Positions 8,928-19,100 of a stretch of 64,000 nt of DNA are shown in pieces. Numbering within the stretch: the stretch's first letter is position 1; each line of letters opens with the position of its first letter. The stretch is from the NCBI GenBank assembly GCA_937871705.1, contig CALMOO010000657.1, forward strand, positions 2,278-66,277, given 5' to 3'. This DNA is from an uncultured Hymenobacter sp. (GTDB lineage: Bacteria > Bacteroidota > Bacteroidia > Cytophagales > Hymenobacteraceae). The notes beneath the pieces were generated by a model, which did not search any database, was not told where the DNA came from, and saw only the letters and a list, made by a program, of their open reading frames with translations. Both the position numbers and the translations under genes were made by a program.

Positions 8928-11900
8928 ATGGAAAATCAGAAACCAACGCGCCGCCTCAACCTGATTGAGGCGGCCATGAAATACCGGCAAGTAACCTTTG
9001 GCCTAACCCTGATGCTGGCCCTAGCGGGCATCTGGGCCATTTACAGCATGCCGCGCATGGAAGACCCGCGCATCACCATCCGGCAGGGGCTGGTGCTGGC
9101 GGCGTACCCCGGCGCGAGCGAGTTGGAAGTAGAGAATCAGCTCACCAAAAAGCTGGAGCAGCAGCTCTTCAGCTACAAGGAAGTGCGCAAGGAGAAGACC
9201 TACTCCACGACCAAGGCCGGCGCCGTGGTGGTGAACGTGACGCTCCAGGACTGGGTGACCGACACCGATAAGTTCTGGGCCAAGCTGCAGGACGGCCTCA
9301 ACGCCAACCGCCAGGCGCTGCCGCAAGCCGTGCAGGGCCCGTTCGTGAACGGCGAGTTTGGCGACGTAGCGGCGCTGATGATTGCCGTGACGGCCCAAAA
9401 ACGCAGCTATGCCGACCTGAAGGAGTACCTTGACCAGCTCGAAGACGCCATCAAAACCCTGCCGCAGGTGTCGAAGATTCGGCGTTACGGCGAGCAGCGC
9501 GAGCAGGTGTACGTGACGACGTCCGTGGACCAGCTGCGCCAGTATGGGCTGGATTTCGGAATTATTGGCCAGGTGCTGCAACGGCAGAACAACGTGCGCT
9601 ACTCTGGCGAGCTGGCCTTGCGCGACGCCCGGGTGCCGGTCTTCACCGAAGGGCTGTACCGCTCGCAGCAGGATTTAGCTAACCAGCTCGTGTACACTGA
9701 CCCTACCTCGGGCAACCAGGTGCGGCTGCGCGACGTGGCCCAGCTGGAGCGCCGCGACGAGGAGCTGACCTCACGCATCAAAATCGACGGGCAATCGGCC
9801 GTGATGCTGACGGTGGAAATGCAGCCAGGCAACAACATGGTGTGGTTTGGCGACCAGCTGGATGCCCGCATCAAGGAAGTAGAGGCCCGGTTTCCGGCCG
9901 GCGTGCAAGTGCAGCAAATCGTAAGCCAGCCCCGCGTGGTGGACCACAAGCTCAAGGATTTCTTCCTGGAGCTAAGTATTGCCGTGGCCTCGGTCATTGC
10001 CGTGGTGCTGCTGCTGCTGCCGCTGCGGATTGCCCTGATTTCGGCCATTGCCTGCCCGCTATCCATCCTCATCACCTTCGGCATTTTGAACGCGCTGGGC
10101 ATGGAGATTCAGCAGGTGTCACTGGCTGCGCTGGTGATAGTGCTGGGCATGGTGGTGGACGACGCCATTGTGGTGGTCGACAATTACGTGGAGAAGCTCG
10201 ACGAGGGCATGGACCGCTGGACGGCGGCCTGGCGCTCGGCCACCGACTTATTCGTGCCGGTGCTGGCGGCCACGGCGGCCATAATCTTCGCCTTTCTACC
10301 CTCGGCCATTGTGTACACGGGTTTGACGCGCGAGTTCTCGCTGCACATTCCGGCCACGGTGGCGGTGGCCCTAACGGCTTCGCTGGCGGTGTCGATGCTG
10401 CTCACGCCCTCGCTGTGCTACTTCGCCATTCGCAAGGGCCTGCACAGCAAGCAAGCTGACGCGCCCGAGGCCAAGCCCTCGGTCATTGACCGGGTGCAGC
10501 AGCGTTTCAACCGGGCCGTGGACTGGAGCTTCGCTCACCCTAAACTAGTGCTCACCCTGGGCTTTGCCTCACTCGCATTTGCCGGCGTGTTCGGCTCGCA
10601 GGTGAAGTTTGAGTACCTGCCCTACTCGGAGCGCGACCAGTTCAACCTGGAGCTGTGGCTGCCTGAGGGCACGCCGGTAACCCAGACCGAAAAGGCCGTG
10701 GACCGCGTGACGGCCGCCATTAAAGGGGATAAGCGCATCAGCCAGGTCGTGAGCTTTATCGGCACGGGCTCGCCGCGCTTCTACTCCAGCTACGCCCCCG
10801 AGGCCCCGGCCGAAAACTATGCCCAGGTGTTCATCAACACCGTCAGCGGCGAAGCCACCGTGGAGCTGGCCCGGGAGTACACCCACTCGCTGCAGCAGCT
10901 GGTGCCCGAGGGCGCGGTGCGGGTGCGCCGCCTGAGCTGGAAGGAAACCAAAGCCCCGCTGGAAGTGCGCGTGGTGAGTGACAACGACGCCGACCTGCGC
11001 GAGGTGGGCCAGCAGATAACGCAAATTTTCGCCGCCACGCCCAACACCCATTTCGTGCGCGACGACTGGCGAAATCCTACCCTGGGCCTGGCCGTGCAGG
11101 TGAAACAGGACGAGGCTGACCGCCTCGGCGTGAGCAAGGAAGCCGTGGCCCAAACCCTAGGCGGCAGCCTCAAAGGCTACCCCGTCTCGACGCTCTGGGA
11201 GGGCGACCAGCCCTTGGACATCGTGCTGCGCCTCGACGAGCGCAGCCGCCAGAACCTGAGCGACGTGAGCCAGGTGTACGTGACCACGGCCTACAACACT
11301 AAGGTGCCCCTGCGCCAAGTGGCCGATGTGGTGCCGGCCTGGCACCTGAGCAACATCGTGCGCCGCAACGGCTTGCGCACCCTTACGGTGAGCAGCGACA
11401 CCGACTTTGGCCGCGTAGCCAGCCAGATTCTGGCCGATGTGCGGCCTCAACTGGACGCCCTGAAATTGCCGGCCGGCACCCACCTCGAATACGGCGGCGA
11501 CGACGAATCAGGCCGCGACGCGGCGCCCAATACCAACATGGCCCTGGGGCTGAGCTTTCTGCTGATTTTTCTGACGCTGCTATTGCAATTCCGGCACGCG
11601 GGCCGGGCCTTGATAGTGCTCTCTACGTTCTTTTTGAGCTTGCCGGGGGCCATGTTTGGCCTTTGGGTAACGGGCAACCCGCTGGGCATGACGGCCTTTC
11701 TGGGCATCAACAGCCTACTGGGCATCGTGGTGCGCAACGGCATTATCCTGGTGGACTACGCCGACGAGTTGGTGCGCGAGCACGGTTACTCGGTAAAGGA
11801 CGCGGCTATTGCCTCGGCTCACCGCCGGATGCGGCCCATTTTTCTCACTTCATCGGCCGCGGCCGTGGGCGTAATTCCCATGATACTGAGCAAGTCGCCG

Positions 11901-12071
11901 CTGTGGTCGCCGCTGAGCAGCGTCATTGCCTTCGGCATTATGGTGGCGATGGTAATGACCCTGTTCGTGGTGCCCGTGCTCTACTACATGTCGCTGAAAG
12001 GCAAGTCGCAGTCAATCCCGGCGGACATCCACGAAGACGACCAGCCCGCCCTGGCGCTGGCCACCAACTAG
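8928..12071 (+). CDS. RND efflux transporter permease (AcrB/AcrD/AcrF family)
   Basis: 1047 aa. Motifs YPGAS, GMVVDDAIVVVDN, GIVVRNGIILVD and RMRPIFLTS. Confidence 0.96.
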   Translation: MENQKPTRRLNLIEAAMKYRQVTFGLTLMLALAGIWAIYSMPRMEDPRITIRQGLVLAAYPGASELEVENQLTKKLEQQLFSYKEVRKEKTYSTTKAGAVVVNVTLQDWVTDTDKFWAKLQDGLNANRQALPQAVQGPFVNGEFGDVAALMIAVTAQKRSYADLKEYLDQLEDAIKTLPQVSKIRRYGEQREQVYVTTSVDQLRQYGLDFGIIGQVLQRQNNVRYSGELALRDARVPVFTEGLYRSQQDLANQLVYTDPTSGNQVRLRDVAQLERRDEELTSRIKIDGQSAVMLTVEMQPGNNMVWFGDQLDARIKEVEARFPAGVQVQQIVSQPRVVDHKLKDFFLELSIAVASVIAVVLLLLPLRIALISAIACPLSILITFGILNALGMEIQQVSLAALVIVLGMVVDDAIVVVDNYVEKLDEGMDRWTAAWRSATDLFVPVLAATAAIIFAFLPSAIVYTGLTREFSLHIPATVAVALTASLAVSMLLTPSLCYFAIRKGLHSKQADAPEAKPSVIDRVQQRFNRAVDWSFAHPKLVLTLGFASLAFAGVFGSQVKFEYLPYSERDQFNLELWLPEGTPVTQTEKAVDRVTAAIKGDKRISQVVSFIGTGSPRFYSSYAPEAPAENYAQVFINTVSGEATVELAREYTHSLQQLVPEGAVRVRRLSWKETKAPLEVRVVSDNDADLREVGQQITQIFAATPNTHFVRDDWRNPTLGLAVQVKQDEADRLGVSKEAVAQTLGGSLKGYPVSTLWEGDQPLDIVLRLDERSRQNLSDVSQVYVTTAYNTKVPLRQVADVVPAWHLSNIVRRNGLRTLTVSSDTDFGRVASQILADVRPQLDALKLPAGTHLEYGGDDESGRDAAPNTNMALGLSFLLIFLTLLLQFRHAGRALIVLSTFFLSLPGAMFGLWVTGNPLGMTAFLGINSLLGIVVRNGIILVDYADELVREHGYSVKDAAIASAHRRMRPIFLTSSAAAVGVIPMILSKSPLWSPLSSVIAFGIMVAMVMTLFVVPVLYYMSLKGKSQSIPADIHEDDQPALALATN

Positions 12072-12084
12072 TCTTTTCTTACGA

Positions 12085-13362
12085 ATGAAAGTTCTCTTTT
12101 GTATAGGCCTGGCGCTGATAGCGCCGGGCGTCTACGCCCAATCCGTGTTCACTCCCGACGCCCCGCTGTCCCTGGCCGATTGCCAAGCGCTGGCTTTAAG
12201 CCAAAACCGGCGCCTCAGTGCATCGGGCCGCCGCCAGCTAGCTGCCGAGGCCGGGCGCGACGCGGCCAAAACCAACCGCTTGCCCAAGCTGGATTTCAGC
12301 AGCACCGGGTACTATGTGCGCGGCCTGGGCACTACCTTGAACACGCAGGGCGTGACGGCGGGGGTAGGGGTTACGCAGCCCATCTACTCCGGGGGCCGGA
12401 TTCGCGCTCAAACGGCTCTGGCGGGCCTCACGGCCCAGGCGGCGGCGGAGGACGTGCAGGCCACCCGGCAGCAGCTGGTGGCCGAAACCGACCAGACCTA
12501 CTGGCAAACCGTGGCTCTGCGCGACCAAGTGACGCTGGCCGAAGGCAACCGCGCCCAGCTACTCGCCCTCGTGCGTGACCTCGACAATAAGTTTAAGGCG
12601 GGCCTGGGTTATAAGGCTGATTTGCTGCGGGCCCAGGTGCAGCTGCGTGACGCCGAGGTGCGGCTGCTGCGGGCCCGCGACGAGCAGCGCCAAAGCCAAT
12701 TGGTATTGCGCCAGCTCATCGGCCGCCCGCCCGGCGATTCGCTGCGCCTGGCCGAGTCCATCGAGGGCGACTTTCCGGCCGTAAGCCCCGCCGATTACGC
12801 GGCGCAGGCCCTCACCCAGCGGCCCGACCTGCGCCGGCTGGCGTTGACCAACCAAGCGGATTCGCTGCAAATTGACGTGGCGCGCAGTGTCCGCCGGCCG
12901 CAGGTAAACGCCAGCGTCAACGCCTTGTATCTACGACAAAAAGCCGGTTTTTTGCTGCCTGATAACAGCTACACGCCCGCCTACGCCCTGGTGAGCGTGA
13001 ACCTGCCGCTCATCCACTGGAAAGAAAACCGGCTGCTCGAAGCGCAGCGGCGCTACCAGGCTCAGGCCAGCCAGGCCGACCTGATGGAAGCCCGGCAGCA
13101 GGTGGCCCTGGAGGTCAACCGCGACCTGCTGACCTTGAATCAGGCCGCCCGGCGCATTGCACTGCAAGCCCTTACGGTGGCGCAGGCCCAGGAAAACCTG
13201 CGCCTCAATGACAACCGTTTCCGCGCCGGTCTACTCTCGCTCGTCGATTTGCTCGAAGCCCAGACCCTAAGCCAGCGCGCGGCGGCGGACCTGGTGGATG
13301 CCAAAGCCGACTACCGCATTGCCGAAGCCGCCTTGGCCCAGGCAATGGGTGAGCAGCGCTAG
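12085..13362 (+). CDS. TolC family outer-membrane efflux protein
   Basis: Signal peptide and two OEP repeats (QPIYSGGR...; RFRAGLLSLVDLLEAQ). Third gene of the RND operon. Confidence 0.93.
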   Translation: MKVLFCIGLALIAPGVYAQSVFTPDAPLSLADCQALALSQNRRLSASGRRQLAAEAGRDAAKTNRLPKLDFSSTGYYVRGLGTTLNTQGVTAGVGVTQPIYSGGRIRAQTALAGLTAQAAAEDVQATRQQLVAETDQTYWQTVALRDQVTLAEGNRAQLLALVRDLDNKFKAGLGYKADLLRAQVQLRDAEVRLLRARDEQRQSQLVLRQLIGRPPGDSLRLAESIEGDFPAVSPADYAAQALTQRPDLRRLALTNQADSLQIDVARSVRRPQVNASVNALYLRQKAGFLLPDNSYTPAYALVSVNLPLIHWKENRLLEAQRRYQAQASQADLMEARQQVALEVNRDLLTLNQAARRIALQALTVAQAQENLRLNDNRFRAGLLSLVDLLEAQTLSQRAAADLVDAKADYRIAEAALAQAMGEQR

Positions 13363-13427
13363 CGGCTTTTGATTAGCGAAAAGCTGAAGTAAAAAAGGTT
13401 TGACACCTTATTTAAGTGGTTCAACGC

Positions 13428-14060
13428 ATGAAACTTACTTTGATTGCATACGCCCTTACCTTGCCCGGTATACTTTTACTGGGCTGGCTAAAGCCCGTTG
13501 CCCAGTCAGGCTACAACCGAATGGCGGCCGTGCCAACGGCGGTGCCGGATACTACGCAGCACCTGGTCGGAAAGGTGCTGGCCGCGCCCTATCAGGTGCT
13601 GCGCTCCCCCGTCGGGGGCCGGGTGGTACGGACGTACTTTAACGAGGGCCAGACCATGCCATCCAAGGCGCTGCTGCTGAAATTGGTGGTCGGCGCGGGC
13701 TCCTCCGCTCAAGCGGTTTTCGTAACAGCCCCGGCAGCGGGCGACCTAAGTCGGATAAAAGTGAGCGAAGGGCAGTATGTGGCGGCCGGCGCGCCCTACG
13801 CCCGTCTGACGTCCCGTGCCCCAGTGCGGGTGCGGGTGAGCGCGGTGGAGGCGGCCCACCTGCGTCTCGGCGACTCGTTGCGGGTCCTGACGGGCCCGGT
13901 GGGCCTCGTTAGGCACACTACTCCCCTCACCGCCCTTATACCGGACTCCGCGCGGGGCACAGTGGTGCTGGTGCTTGGCCATTTGGGCTGGCCGCCCGGC
14001 ACGGCGGTTCAGGTGGTGCTGGTGCCTTTGTCGCCGCATCTGCCGCTAACCGCTTACTAA
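13428..14060 (+). CDS. truncated HlyD/MFP-like protein (lipoyl-like plus beta-barrel parts, no helical hairpin)
   Basis: LRSPVGGRVVRTYFNEGQ and VTAPAAGDLSRIKVSEGQYVAAGAP lipoyl-like motifs, with an N-terminal hydrophobic segment. Confidence 0.6.
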   Translation: MKLTLIAYALTLPGILLLGWLKPVAQSGYNRMAAVPTAVPDTTQHLVGKVLAAPYQVLRSPVGGRVVRTYFNEGQTMPSKALLLKLVVGAGSSAQAVFVTAPAAGDLSRIKVSEGQYVAAGAPYARLTSRAPVRVRVSAVEAAHLRLGDSLRVLTGPVGLVRHTTPLTALIPDSARGTVVLVLGHLGWPPGTAVQVVLVPLSPHLPLTAY

Positions 14061-14087
14061 TCTTTATACTTTTAACAAGCTCGCCCC

Positions 14088-14747
14088 ATGCTCCAGTTTC
14101 TGACCGCCCTCAAGGCCCACAACCGCAAGGACTGGATGGACGACCACCGCCCGGCATACAGCGCGGCCAAGGCGGATTTTGTGGAGTTGGTGAGGCAGGT
14201 GCTTGTGGGCCTCGCCGAGCAGGACCCCGAAATCGCCCGCGCCCGCCTGGAGCCCAGGAAATGCCTCTTCTCCATTAACCGCGACGTGCGGTTGTCCCCC
14301 GACAAGTCGCCCTACAAAACCAGTTTGGGGGCGTGGTTTAACTTCGGTGGCAAGGCCTTGCCCACGGCAGGCTATTACCTGGCCATTGAGCCGGGTGCTA
14401 GTTTTCTGGCTGGCGGAATGTACCTGCCACCACCCCGTGAACTGGCCGCCATTCGCCAGGAAATCGATTATAACCTGACCAATTTCGAGCAGTTGGTGCA
14501 GGAGCCAACGTTCCTGTCGCAGGTTGGAAATCTGCAGCAGACCCACATCCTGCAACGCCCGCCGAAGGGCTACCGGGCCGATAATCCTGCTCTTAAGCAC
14601 CTCCGACTGAAAAGCTTCATCGGTTCCCGAACCTTGTCGGACCAACAGGTGCTGGCGGCCTCCCTGACCAAGCATCTGCTAACGACCTACCGAAGCCTAC
14701 AGCCCCTGGTGCTGTACCTGAACCGCGCTATGAATCAACCAGTCTAA
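14088..14747 (+). CDS. DUF2461 family protein
   Basis: FLTALKAHNRKDW, INRDVRLSPDKSPYK, GYYLAIEPG, GGMY and PPKGY motifs. Confidence 0.88.
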   Translation: MLQFLTALKAHNRKDWMDDHRPAYSAAKADFVELVRQVLVGLAEQDPEIARARLEPRKCLFSINRDVRLSPDKSPYKTSLGAWFNFGGKALPTAGYYLAIEPGASFLAGGMYLPPPRELAAIRQEIDYNLTNFEQLVQEPTFLSQVGNLQQTHILQRPPKGYRADNPALKHLRLKSFIGSRTLSDQQVLAASLTKHLLTTYRSLQPLVLYLNRAMNQPV

Positions 14748-14759
14748 CCAGTACCCACC

Positions 14760-15179
14760 ATGTATCCACCTGTAGAACCCGATGAATTGACCCGTCATGC
14801 CACCGAAGTAGGCCGGGTCCTGCTCGAAGCTGGCCTTACGCCTGCGGGTGGTCCGCGCCGCTGGCCCCCGCTGGCTTTCTTCGACTTCACCCAGATAAGC
14901 TTGTACACCAAGGCCTGCTGCTACCAGCATTTTCGCCAGTTTGGGCTCTTGGTGCGGGACATTGGCTACGAGGGGGTGTTATTCTACCATTTGCTGCATA
15001 CAGCGTGGTTGCTCGCGTTTGGCTACATCTACCAAGACCCCGAGGGCTTGTACTGGGTCGACCCTCGGCAGCCCTACGACTACTGCCTGAGCTACGAACT
15101 GGCCGAAGCCACGCTGGCCGAACTCATTGGTCTGGGCCAACTCGAAGAGTTGGTTCAACTCATCCGCGGAAATAGCTGA
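14760..15179 (+). CDS. hypothetical protein (aromatic-rich, 139 aa)
   Basis: ORF 12 bp after DUF2461 on the same strand with plausible codon use. No family recognised. Confidence 0.55.
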   Translation: MYPPVEPDELTRHATEVGRVLLEAGLTPAGGPRRWPPLAFFDFTQISLYTKACCYQHFRQFGLLVRDIGYEGVLFYHLLHTAWLLAFGYIYQDPEGLYWVDPRQPYDYCLSYELAEATLAELIGLGQLEELVQLIRGNS

Positions 15180-15239
15180 TGCACGGCGGCAGAATGAGGC
15201 ACCTCTTGGTTGCGCTTAGGATGCTTTGATTTGACCCGA

Positions 15240-15482
15240 ATGAAGACTTCAATTCAACCCCGCATCGCCCGCATATTGTGGCGTCATTTTCTGGTTCGTC
15301 CCCCGCACTTTCTGCTCACCCAGAAGCTGGAGCGGGATTATAACCTCGGTCCATTAGAAAAGCTCGAACTGGCGAATTGCCTCGAAGCGGCCTTTCATTT
15401 TGATTTTTACGACCAGGAAGTAGCGGAATTTCGCACCTTGGGCAGCGTGGTGGCGGCGGTGCGGCGGCACCTGCGGGCGTAA
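15240..15482 (+). CDS. acyl-carrier-protein-like small protein lacking the phosphopantetheine Ser
   Basis: LERDYNLGPLEKLELANCLEAAFHFDFYDQEVAEFRTLGSVV aligns to the ACP pattern DLGxDSLDxVELxxxLEEEFxxxIxDEExxxxxTVGDxV, with DSL replaced by GPL. Confidence 0.65.
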   Translation: MKTSIQPRIARILWRHFLVRPPHFLLTQKLERDYNLGPLEKLELANCLEAAFHFDFYDQEVAEFRTLGSVVAAVRRHLRA

Positions 15483-15932
15483 GCCTATACTAAAGTTCCC
15501 CGTTTTCACCCCGCTTATGAACGCCTCGCTGCTTGAGGGGCTGGGGCCGCTGGTAACAAAATTGAGCAGTAGGCCGCGCCCCGCGCCATCGCAGCTGTAC
15601 TCAGGCTCTTTGGTACGTGGTCCCAGCTTCGGCTGGCTTCACCACCGATACCGCTCGTCCTGCCGGCGGCCTTGCCTACTGACACCGAACACGCGCAAAT
15701 CAGCAGCCTGCTCTGGGTGCTTTATCGTCGGTGGCAGTGTCCCGCATAGTTAGTCCTGCCGGGAGCTCCTGTGCTCCACACGCCCGCTAATCATAGGCTG
15801 GCCATTCTACACGCCCAAGGGGGCTTCAACAGACGGTGGGCCTCCACGCCGCCATGTCAGCAATCAGGGCCGGCTGCCAATCCGCTCCTTCACTTCGCCG
15901 CATACTGCTCAAGGGGTATTCTCTCGCCTCGT

Positions 15933-15985
15933 AGACATAAGTTGTCACTTAAGAACTAACGGTCATTTTTAGACTTATTGAAACA
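15933..15985 (+). promoter_or_regulatory. triple operator-like array upstream of susC
   Basis: GACATAAGTTGTCA-CTTAA-GAACTAACGGTCA-TTTTTA-GACTTATTG. Shares ACTAACGGTCATTTT with 7804 and TAAGTTGTCA with the tetR site. Confidence 0.62.
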
Positions 15986-16185
15986 TTCTGGTTATCTGTC
16001 CGATGATATTATGCGCGGTAACGCCCAGCTTAAAAAACTTAAGACACGACAGACTCTGCTCTTATACAACTCTTTGGGAAAGGAAAAAAGCTGTTTTAAA
16101 TGACGTTGCGACTATTATTCAAACTTCCCGCTTCTAACCAATTTCAGTAAATCCAATATTCCTTTTTCTTTTTCAACCTGGAAAT

Positions 16186-19100
16186 ATGAAGCATACTCTA
16201 CTGTTAATTTTTTGGCTGTTTATTACTGGTAGCCCGTTGGTTTGGGCGCAGGGCCGCAAAGTGAGCGGCATCGTGGGCACGAGTGAAGGCACCGGAGGGT
16301 TCCCGGGAGCAACGGTGCTCGTGAAGGGGACGGCCACCGCCACCGCCACGGATGCCGAAGGGGCGTACAGCCTAGACGTGCCGGCCACGGGCACTACGCT
16401 GGTTTTTACGGCCGTTGGGATGCAGACCGTGGAGGAAACCATCGGGGCACGCACCACGATTGATGTGCAGTTCAAACCCGATGTCAAACAGTTGAACGAA
16501 GTCGTCATTACGGCCATCGGCACGAAAACCAAGCGCGACCGGTTTGCCTCGTCCGTGACGACGTTGGACGGCGCGGCCATTGCGCAAACCGGCGAAACCA
16601 GCCTGCTGACGGGACTAAGCGGCAAGTCGTCGGGCGTACTCATCACCCGCAACGGGGGCGACCCCGGCGCGGGGGCTTACATTCAGATTCGGGGGCAGAA
16701 CACCATCAACGGCAATATCCAGCCGCTGTTTATTGTCGATGGCATCCCGGTGAGCAACGCCAGTGACAATCTCGGCACGGGCACTGCCAGCGGCAATGGC
16801 ATCGTGCAGCAGTCGCGCATCAATGATATTAATCCCGAGGACATTGAGCGCATGGAGGTGCTGAAGGGCGCGTCGGCGGCGGCGCTCTGGGGCACGCGGG
16901 CCGCCAACGGCGTGGTCATCATCACCACCAAAAAGGGCCAAAATTCGCAGGGCAAGGTCAATATCACCTTTAAATCAATGGTTTCGATTGACCGCGTGAA
17001 TAAGATGCCGTCCTTGCAGCGCACTTACGGGCAGGGCTCGGGCGGCTTGTACCAACAGGGTAACCGCAACAGCTTCGGCGACCTAATCGCCGACCGCCTG
17101 GGTGGGGCGGACACGTACATCACCAACCCCAGCGCACCCGGCTACCAGGGCGCGCTCACGTTTGTGGACGGCACCAGCCGCTACGCTATCGCGCCGGGTA
17201 CGGCGGCTAACCCGCACGGCGGCAAGAACGCCCGCGACACATACGACCACACGCAGGACGTGTTTCAAACGGGGCACTACACCGACAACAGCATCAGCCT
17301 GAGCGGGGGCAACGACCGGTCGACGTTTCTCGTCAGTTACGCCAACCTGAACCAGGAGGGCGTCATCAAAGCGTTCAGCGACTACCAGCGCAACGCCGCA
17401 CGGGTGAACGTGGCCAGCCAGTTTACCGACTGGCTGCGCGCATCGGCCAACGTGGGCTACACCAAGGTGGCGTCGTCTCGCGTGCAGGAGGGCGACAACG
17501 TGGACGGGGTGATGCTGGGCAGCCTGCGCACACCGGCTGATTACGACAATTCTGCTTTCACGGGTACCTTCATCAACCCCGCCGGACAGACATTCAACAA
17601 CGCGCACGTGTCGTATCGGAACCCGTTGGGCCGGGATTTGAGCACTATTTACTCAAACCCCGTCTGGAATATCAACAACAACCGCAATACCAGCGACGTG
17701 GACCACCTCATTGGCAGTCTGGAGTTGGGCCTGACCCCGGCGGCGTGGCTGAGCATTACAGGCCGCACGGGCATCGATAATTTTACCGACAACCGCCTGG
17801 AGCGCTTCGCCCGCAACTCAGGCAACTTTTTGACCGGCTACCTGTCAAAAAACTGGATTACGGAGCGGCAGTTCAACACCGACGTGTTTGCCACGGCCAC
17901 CAAAAGGCTGAGCGAAAATTTCAGCGGGTCGCTGCTGCTGGGCGTGAACTACAACAGCCGCCGCCGAGCCACCTTATCCGATGCCATCAGCAACCTGATT
18001 GTGCCGACGGCCCCCGACATTCTGACCAATGCGCTGAATTCCAACCTGTCGGCCAGCAATTATAATTCCCTCATTCGCACCTACGCCTACTACGCGCAGG
18101 CCGAAGTACAGGCCTATAACATGCTGTTTCTGACGCTGACCGGGCGGAGCGAGAGTGCCTCTACGTTCGGGGCCAAAACCAACAGCCAATTTTTCTTTCC
18201 CTCGGCCGCCCTGGCCTGGCAGTTCAGCAAAGTGGGCGGCTTAGCCACTAGTACGGTCCTGAGCTTTGGCAAACTGCGCCTGACTTGGGGGCAGGTGGGC
18301 ATTCAGCCCCAGCCCTACCAGAATTTTACCACTTTCGCCCCGGGAGCCTACAGCGACATGTTCACGCGGGGCCTCAATGCGGCCAGCCCGCTCTACGGCG
18401 GGGGCTACGTGCGCGGCACCACGGCCGGCAACGACTACCTGCGCCCGGAACGCAAAACCGAAGCCGAAGTGGGCGTGGATTTGCGCTTCTTCCACAACCG
18501 CGTCAGCTTCTCGGCCACAGCCTACCACAATCGCACCAAGGACGTTATCCTGTCGCTGAGCGTGCCGAATGAGACCGGCTACGCCATCCGCAACACCAAT
18601 GCGGCCGAGCTGGCCAACAAAGGCCTGGAGCTGGATGCCGGGGCCGACATTATTCGGCGCGGGGATTTCCGCTGGAACCTCACCGGCAACTTCTCGCTGA
18701 ACCGCAACAAGGTGGTGTCGCTGGCCGGGGCCTCGGTGTACATCCTGCCCGACAGCTACATGCAAAACGCGTCCCTGATTCCGGGGCAGCCGTTCGGCAT
18801 TTTTTACTCGACCGATTTTCTGAAGGACGAGGCGGGGAAGTACGTTCTGGACGCCAACGGCTTTCCACAAGGCGGCATCAGCAATGAAATCATTGGCAAT
18901 CCTAACCCGAAGTGGCGGGGGGGGCTGGGTAGCACCTTTACCTACAAGGGCTTGTCGCTCTACGTCTTGTTCGACCGGGTAGCCGGCAATGACTTTTTCA
19001 ACGGCACGCGAGGCTCCCTCTACGCCTTTGGGGTGCACGCCGACCAAGGCAGCACGGTGGTGGCCCCGGCGGGCGGGCTGAAAGACGTGAACGGCACCCT

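Noticed and set aside
15517-15959. Short ORFs, and a possible IS5-like fragment on the minus strand (..SCDGAGRGLLLNFVTSG..)
   Set aside because: Similarity too short and weak to call without a search; the ORFs lack coding-like composition.
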